A DNA stretch of 64,000 nucleotides, taken from contig CBDFLE010000006.1 of NCBI GenBank assembly GCA_965248925.1, positions 4,608,001 through 4,672,000 of the forward strand, in the 5' to 3' direction. Shown here piece after piece: positions 59,755-64,000 of this stretch. Positions within the stretch are counted from its first letter, which is position 1. The number at the start of each line of letters is the position of its first letter. This DNA is from Candidatus Multivoradales bacterium (GTDB taxonomy: Bacteria > Acidobacteriota > Thermoanaerobaculia > Multivoradales > J023). The position numbers were made by a program, and so were the translations under genes. The notes under the pieces were generated by a model. The model searched no databases. It saw only the letters and a program-made list of their open reading frames with translations, and was not told the DNA's origin.

Positions 59755-60086
59755 AGTGCCAGCAAATTCTCGTTGCCGTGTCTCTCTCATTGAATCTCGG
59801 CGACTCAAGGCCGAGAAAGCGTCCTAGTGGACGGGGATGAACACCTCGCTGGCCAGGTCGGTGTCCTTTCATGCCTTGACATCATAGCCGAAACTGCTGC
59901 CCTGGGGCTGAGTTCTCTAGTGCTTGGAGTGTTGAGAGGACGATTGCCTTGCGTCTGCAGGTCGCGTAGCGTGGAACCCCTGAGCTGAGCCGAGTTGCCG
60001 CTTTGGCGGCGGCTTTTGTGGTGCAGTCGCAGCACTTTCACCGTACTTTTGCAGCACTTTCGGAGCGCTGCAATGAGGAGCTAAGC

Positions 60087-60950
60087 ATGCATGAGATCGC
60101 CAAGCGGGGCTACGTTCACCCCGAGGTTCTGGTTTCCACCGATTGGGTTGCCGAGCATTTGCAGGACCCGTCGGTGCGCCTGATCGAGTCGAACGAAGAT
60201 CCGCTGGTCTATCGCTCCGGCCACATCGCGGGCGCGGTCGAGGTCGACTGGACTCGCGATCTCAACGACCCGTTGCGTCGCGACTACCTCGATCGCGTCC
60301 GCTTCGAGAACTTGCTGCCGCAGATCGGCGTTGCTGCCGACACCACGGTGGTGTTCTATGGCGACAAGAACAATTGGTGGGCGACTTACGCCTTTTGGGT
60401 TTTCCGCCTCTTCGGCCATGACCGGGTGCGGATCATGGACGGAGGCCGCCTCAAGTGGCAGCTAGATGGGCGCCCGTTGACCCGTGAACAGAGCACCCAC
60501 CCGACGAGCGCCTACGTTGCTGCTGAGCGCGACGACCAGAGCATTCGTGCCTACCGCGATCAGGTGTTGGCCCACACCGAGGCTGGCCGGCCGATGATCG
60601 ACGTCCGCAGCCCCGAAGAGTTCAGTGGCGAGCGTCTGCATATGCCGGAGTATCCCAATGAGGGGGCCTTGCGCGGTGGCCACATTCCCGGAGCGCACAG
60701 CGTGCCCTGGGCACGAGCGGTGGTGCCGGAAGACGGTACTTTCAAGACCGCCGAGGACCTGCGGGCGATCTACCAGGACGAGAAGGGCTTGCAGCCGGAC
60801 GATGACGTGGTGGTCTACTGCCGGATCGGCGAGCGTTCCAGCCACACCTGGTTCGTGCTCACTTATCTGCTTGGCTACTCGCAGGTGCGCAACTACGACG
60901 GCTCGTGGACCGAGTGGGGCAATCTGGTCGGTGTGCCGATCGAGAGGTAG
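60087..60950 (+). CDS. Thiosulfate sulfurtransferase (tandem rhodanese, SseA/CysA-like)
   Basis: [28 protein letters not shown] and NYDGSWTEW motifs. Confidence 0.93.
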   Translation: MHEIAKRGYVHPEVLVSTDWVAEHLQDPSVRLIESNEDPLVYRSGHIAGAVEVDWTRDLNDPLRRDYLDRVRFENLLPQIGVAADTTVVFYGDKNNWWATYAFWVFRLFGHDRVRIMDGGRLKWQLDGRPLTREQSTHPTSAYVAAERDDQSIRAYRDQVLAHTEAGRPMIDVRSPEEFSGERLHMPEYPNEGALRGGHIPGAHSVPWARAVVPEDGTFKTAEDLRAIYQDEKGLQPDDDVVVYCRIGERSSHTWFVLTYLLGYSQVRNYDGSWTEWGNLVGVPIER

Positions 60951-60952
60951 GC

Positions 60953-61444
60953 ATGTCGGACTCCGCCGAGCCCTACCCAGAGCAGCTCGCCGAGCTGCTC
61001 GATGATTTGACTCTGCTAGCAGACCGCAACGACCGCATCGACTTTCTGATTTCGATTGCCGACCGGTTTCGCGAAGTGCCGGTGGTAGTTGCTCGGCGAC
61101 CGTTCGCCGAGGCCCACAAGGTACCGGCTTGCGAGTCCGATGCCTATGCCTGGGCGGTACCGCGGAGCGACGGCACTTTGGACTTCCACTTCGCAGTGGA
61201 GAACCCACAGGGGATTTCAGCGATGGCGATGGCGGCGATCCTCAGCCAAGAGGTTTCGGGCGCTCCCCTCGACCAAGTCGCGGTTCTCGACGCCGAGGTG
61301 GTCTATCAGATTTTCGGCCGCGAACTGTCGATGGGCAAGAGCATGGGGCTGATGGGCATGGTCTCGATGGTCGCCCACTTTGCCCGGCAGCGGCTTGGGG
61401 AAGGGCGCGAAGCATCGACCGCCGAGCCGGCGAGCGCCGGTTGA
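60953..61444 (+). CDS. SufE family sulfur-acceptor protein
   Basis: KVPACES motif; directly after the rhodanese. Confidence 0.85.
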   Translation: MSDSAEPYPEQLAELLDDLTLLADRNDRIDFLISIADRFREVPVVVARRPFAEAHKVPACESDAYAWAVPRSDGTLDFHFAVENPQGISAMAMAAILSQEVSGAPLDQVAVLDAEVVYQIFGRELSMGKSMGLMGMVSMVAHFARQRLGEGREASTAEPASAG

Positions 61445-61549
61445 GAAGTTTCTCCCTTGAGCTGGGCAGAGATGGGCGGTATCTCGCAGCTCGCCGAGTG
61501 ATTCCTCCTCAGTGCATCCAAAGCCGCGCTGAGGGCGTATACTAATTCA

Positions 61550-62302
61550 ATGTCGACCGCCGCTCAGCGAGCCGCTCAGCCAACCCTGATGGTCTTTACC
61601 CTCGGGGCGGCTGGCGAGCGTCGCCGTCGGCCGCTGCTGCCGGAGCGCTTCGCCGGTGAGGAGCGTGCCCTGCGTCGAGCTTGCTTGGACTCGGTGCTAG
61701 CGGCCGGCCGTACTGCTGGCTGCCGCTTGCTGGTGGCATCGCCGCAGCACCTCGATCTGGGCGACGACGTCGAGTACCTCGATCAGCAGGGTGTTGGTTT
61801 CGGCGCTCGTCTCCGCAGTGCCATCGATCAAGCGGCCGGGCAGGTCGATGGGCCTTTGCTGGTGGTAGGTAGCGACGCTCCCAACCTCACCAGTAGTCAT
61901 CTGTGTCAGGCCCTCGAGCAGTTGCGGCGCGACCCCAAAGGGGTGGTGCTGGGGCCGGCCGAGGATGGCGGCTTCTACTTGCTGGCCGCCGACCAGCTGC
62001 GCTCCGAGCTGGCTGGCTTGCTGGCCGATGTACATTGGTGCCGGGCCGATACTCGACGCTCTCTGAACGCTATTCTGCGCCGCAGTGGGCACCGGCCAGT
62101 CTTGCTCGCCAGCTTGTGCGATCTTGATCATCGCACCGACCTGGAGTGTTGGCTGGCGAAGCGACCGGCGAGAGCGCTGCGGCGGTTGGCCGGCCTCTTG
62201 CTGCGTTTGCTGGCCAACTGGCGGCGCTCAGCCGTTGCCTCGTTGGGGGTTGTGCTGCCCCACCCGGCGACGGTCGCTAGCGGCCGCGCACCTCCTGCTT
62301 GA
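61550..62302 (+). CDS. DUF2064 / TIGR04282-like glycosyltransferase-A-fold protein
   Basis: QQGVGFGARL, VVGSDAP, VLGPAEDGGFYLL and DLDHRTDL motifs; ends GRAPPA. Confidence 0.85.
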   Translation: MSTAAQRAAQPTLMVFTLGAAGERRRRPLLPERFAGEERALRRACLDSVLAAGRTAGCRLLVASPQHLDLGDDVEYLDQQGVGFGARLRSAIDQAAGQVDGPLLVVGSDAPNLTSSHLCQALEQLRRDPKGVVLGPAEDGGFYLLAADQLRSELAGLLADVHWCRADTRRSLNAILRRSGHRPVLLASLCDLDHRTDLECWLAKRPARALRRLAGLLLRLLANWRRSAVASLGVVLPHPATVASGRAPPA

Positions 62303-62420
62303 CCCAGTCCTCCCCGACTCCCGTACTGACCGTACCGTCTTGACCGCAAAGAGCTGAATTGCCAGCGCTCTCTTGAGTGGTGGTGATTGGTGATTTTCTA
62401 AAAGATTGAGGAGAATTGTA

Positions 62421-63578
62421 GTGACCGCTACTAATGTCGAGCAGATTGTCAAAGAGCGCTACGCCAAGGGTGCGGAGCAGCAGGTGGCAGAACTCTGCTG
62501 TCCGGTGGACTACGACCCCAAGTATTTGAAAGTGATACCCGACGAAGTGCTCGAGCGCGACTATGGCTGCGGTGATCCCAGTCGTTACGTCAAGCCCGGC
62601 GAGACGGTGCTCGATCTGGGCAGCGGTACCGGTAAGATTTGCTTCATCGCCGCCCAGGTGGTGGGTGCTGAAGGCAAGGTCATCGGCATCGACATGACTG
62701 ACGAGATGTTGGCGGTGGCCGAGAGCGCGGCGCCGGTGGTGGCGGAGCGGTTGGGATTTGCCAACGTAGAGTTTCGTCGCGGTCGGATTCAAGATCTAGC
62801 GCTCGACTTGCGGCAGCTCGACGAGGCTTTGGCAGCCAGTCCGGTGACCTCCGCCGAGCAGCTCTTCGCCGCTGAGAGCCTGGCCGATCGGCTACGCCGA
62901 GAGCGGCCGATGGTGGCCACGGAATCGGTCGACGTTGTGGTTTCCAACTGTGTGCTCAACCTGGTCGAGAGTGGCCAGAAAGAGCGCATGTTCGCCGAGA
63001 TCCACCGGGTGCTCAAGCGGGGCGGACGGGCAGTGATTTCAGACATTGTCAGTGATGAGCTGGTGCCTCTCGAGATGCAGCAGGATCCGGAGCTGTGGAG
63101 CGGCTGTATTTCCGGCGCACTGACCGAAGACGGATTCTTGGCAGCCTTTGAGCAAGCTGGCTTCTATGGCATTCGCGTCCTCGAGCGCGAGACCACGCCC
63201 TGGCGTACGGTCGAGGGCTTGGAGTTTCGTTCCTTGGTGGTGGAAGCTTGGAAAGGTAAAGAAGGCGTTTGCCTGGAGCGCAACCAGGCGGTGATATATC
63301 GCGGACCATTCAGGGAGGTGCTCGACGACGATGGGCACCGAATGCTTCGCGGTCAGCGCTACGCGGTGTGTGAGAAGACCTTTCAGATTTATCAGAGCGG
63401 ACCCTACGATGAACACTTCGACTTCATCGAACCGCGGCAAGCCGTGCCGCTGGAGCTGGCGCAGCCGTTTGATTGCTCGCGCACGGTGCTGCGCCACCCA
63501 CGGGAGACCAAAGGCCAGGACTATGCCGCGACCTCCCAAGAGAGCGCTGATGGTTGCGATCCGGGCACATGCTGCTAA
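62421..63578 (+). CDS. ArsM-like SAM-dependent methyltransferase
   Basis: GAGGAG RBS; LCCP, YGCGDP, VLDLGSGTG, SNCVLNL and WSGCISGA motifs; C-terminal CC. Confidence 0.82.
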   Translation: MTATNVEQIVKERYAKGAEQQVAELCCPVDYDPKYLKVIPDEVLERDYGCGDPSRYVKPGETVLDLGSGTGKICFIAAQVVGAEGKVIGIDMTDEMLAVAESAAPVVAERLGFANVEFRRGRIQDLALDLRQLDEALAASPVTSAEQLFAAESLADRLRRERPMVATESVDVVVSNCVLNLVESGQKERMFAEIHRVLKRGGRAVISDIVSDELVPLEMQQDPELWSGCISGALTEDGFLAAFEQAGFYGIRVLERETTPWRTVEGLEFRSLVVEAWKGKEGVCLERNQAVIYRGPFREVLDDDGHRMLRGQRYAVCEKTFQIYQSGPYDEHFDFIEPRQAVPLELAQPFDCSRTVLRHPRETKGQDYAATSQESADGCDPGTCC

Positions 63579-64000
63579 GTAGTCAGAGACACTGGTGGCT
63601 GATACTCGCTTGCTGGCTAGGCTCGGTGGCGGCAGCCTCGGCCGACCTCAGCGTGGTTGGTTCCTCGACCGTCAATCCGGTGGTTGCGGAAGCCGCCGAA
63701 TGGTTGCGGACCGAGCAGGGCCTGCGGATCACCGTCGACCCGGCTGGCGGCAGTTCCGGTGGCATCGCGGCGTTGGGCGACGGTCGTATTGATGTGGCAA
63801 TGTCCTCGCGGCCGTTGACCGCCAGCGATCGTCTGCGCTTTCCGCAAGGTCGGTTCGAGGCCCATCCGATCGGCAGCGATGCCGTTGCCTTGGTGGTCTC
63901 GCGCGATGTTTGGGAAAGCGGAGTGCGGTCGATCACCCGGCAGCAGATGCAAGCAATCTACGAGGGTCGAGTGCGGCGTTGGAGTGAGCTTGGCGGGCCC
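63569..64000 (+). CDS. PstS-like phosphate-binding periplasmic protein, partial
   Basis: ATG 63569; signal peptide; GSSTVNP, GGSSGGI, IDVAMSSRPL and IGSDAVALVV motifs; runs off the window end. Confidence 0.85.
   Translation, partial: MLLSSQRHWWLILACWLGSVAAASADLSVVGSSTVNPVVAEAAEWLRTEQGLRITVDPAGGSSGGIAALGDGRIDVAMSSRPLTASDRLRFPQGRFEAHPIGSDAVALVVSRDVWESGVRSITRQQMQAIYEGRVRRWSELGGP

Overview
GC-rich bacterial window. The gene content (Oar-type TonB receptor, three acidobacterial-type VWA proteins, FG-GAP/ASPIC protein, HTH-TPR protein) suggests Acidobacteriota, possibly Thermoanaerobaculia-like; this is inference. Bases 1-27.2 kb and 56.9-64 kb are mostly ordinary genes: envelope proteins, ECF sigma, fitAB-type TA, ctpA, tatA/B-tatC, polA, osmC, mltD-like, rhodanese-sufE, and DUF2064-ArsM-like-PstS-like. 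Between them lies a ~29 kb accessory island with a Phd-type antitoxin at its left edge and the C-terminal part of a VapC toxin at its right edge. The island holds a minus-strand array of three RHS/YD polymorphic-toxin cassettes with HExxH tips and exported putative immunity proteins, heavily interrupted by mobile DNA. The mobile DNA comprises two inverted copies of a 2531-bp IS with 3-bp TSDs, an IS1380, an IS5/IS1182-type element, and a group II intron that itself contains a 4-ORF IS21. The most striking signal is that the intron EBS1 loop (UCGUAG) is complementary to CTACGA, the Tyr-Asp codon pair of YD repeats. Its two exons correspond to two different YD positions 705 nt apart in the paralogous RHS gene and would splice in frame. 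The island also carries an XRE-HTH/TPR regulator divergent from two degenerate PCD-fold genes. No rRNA, tRNA or CRISPR array was seen. All calls were made by eye without database searches.
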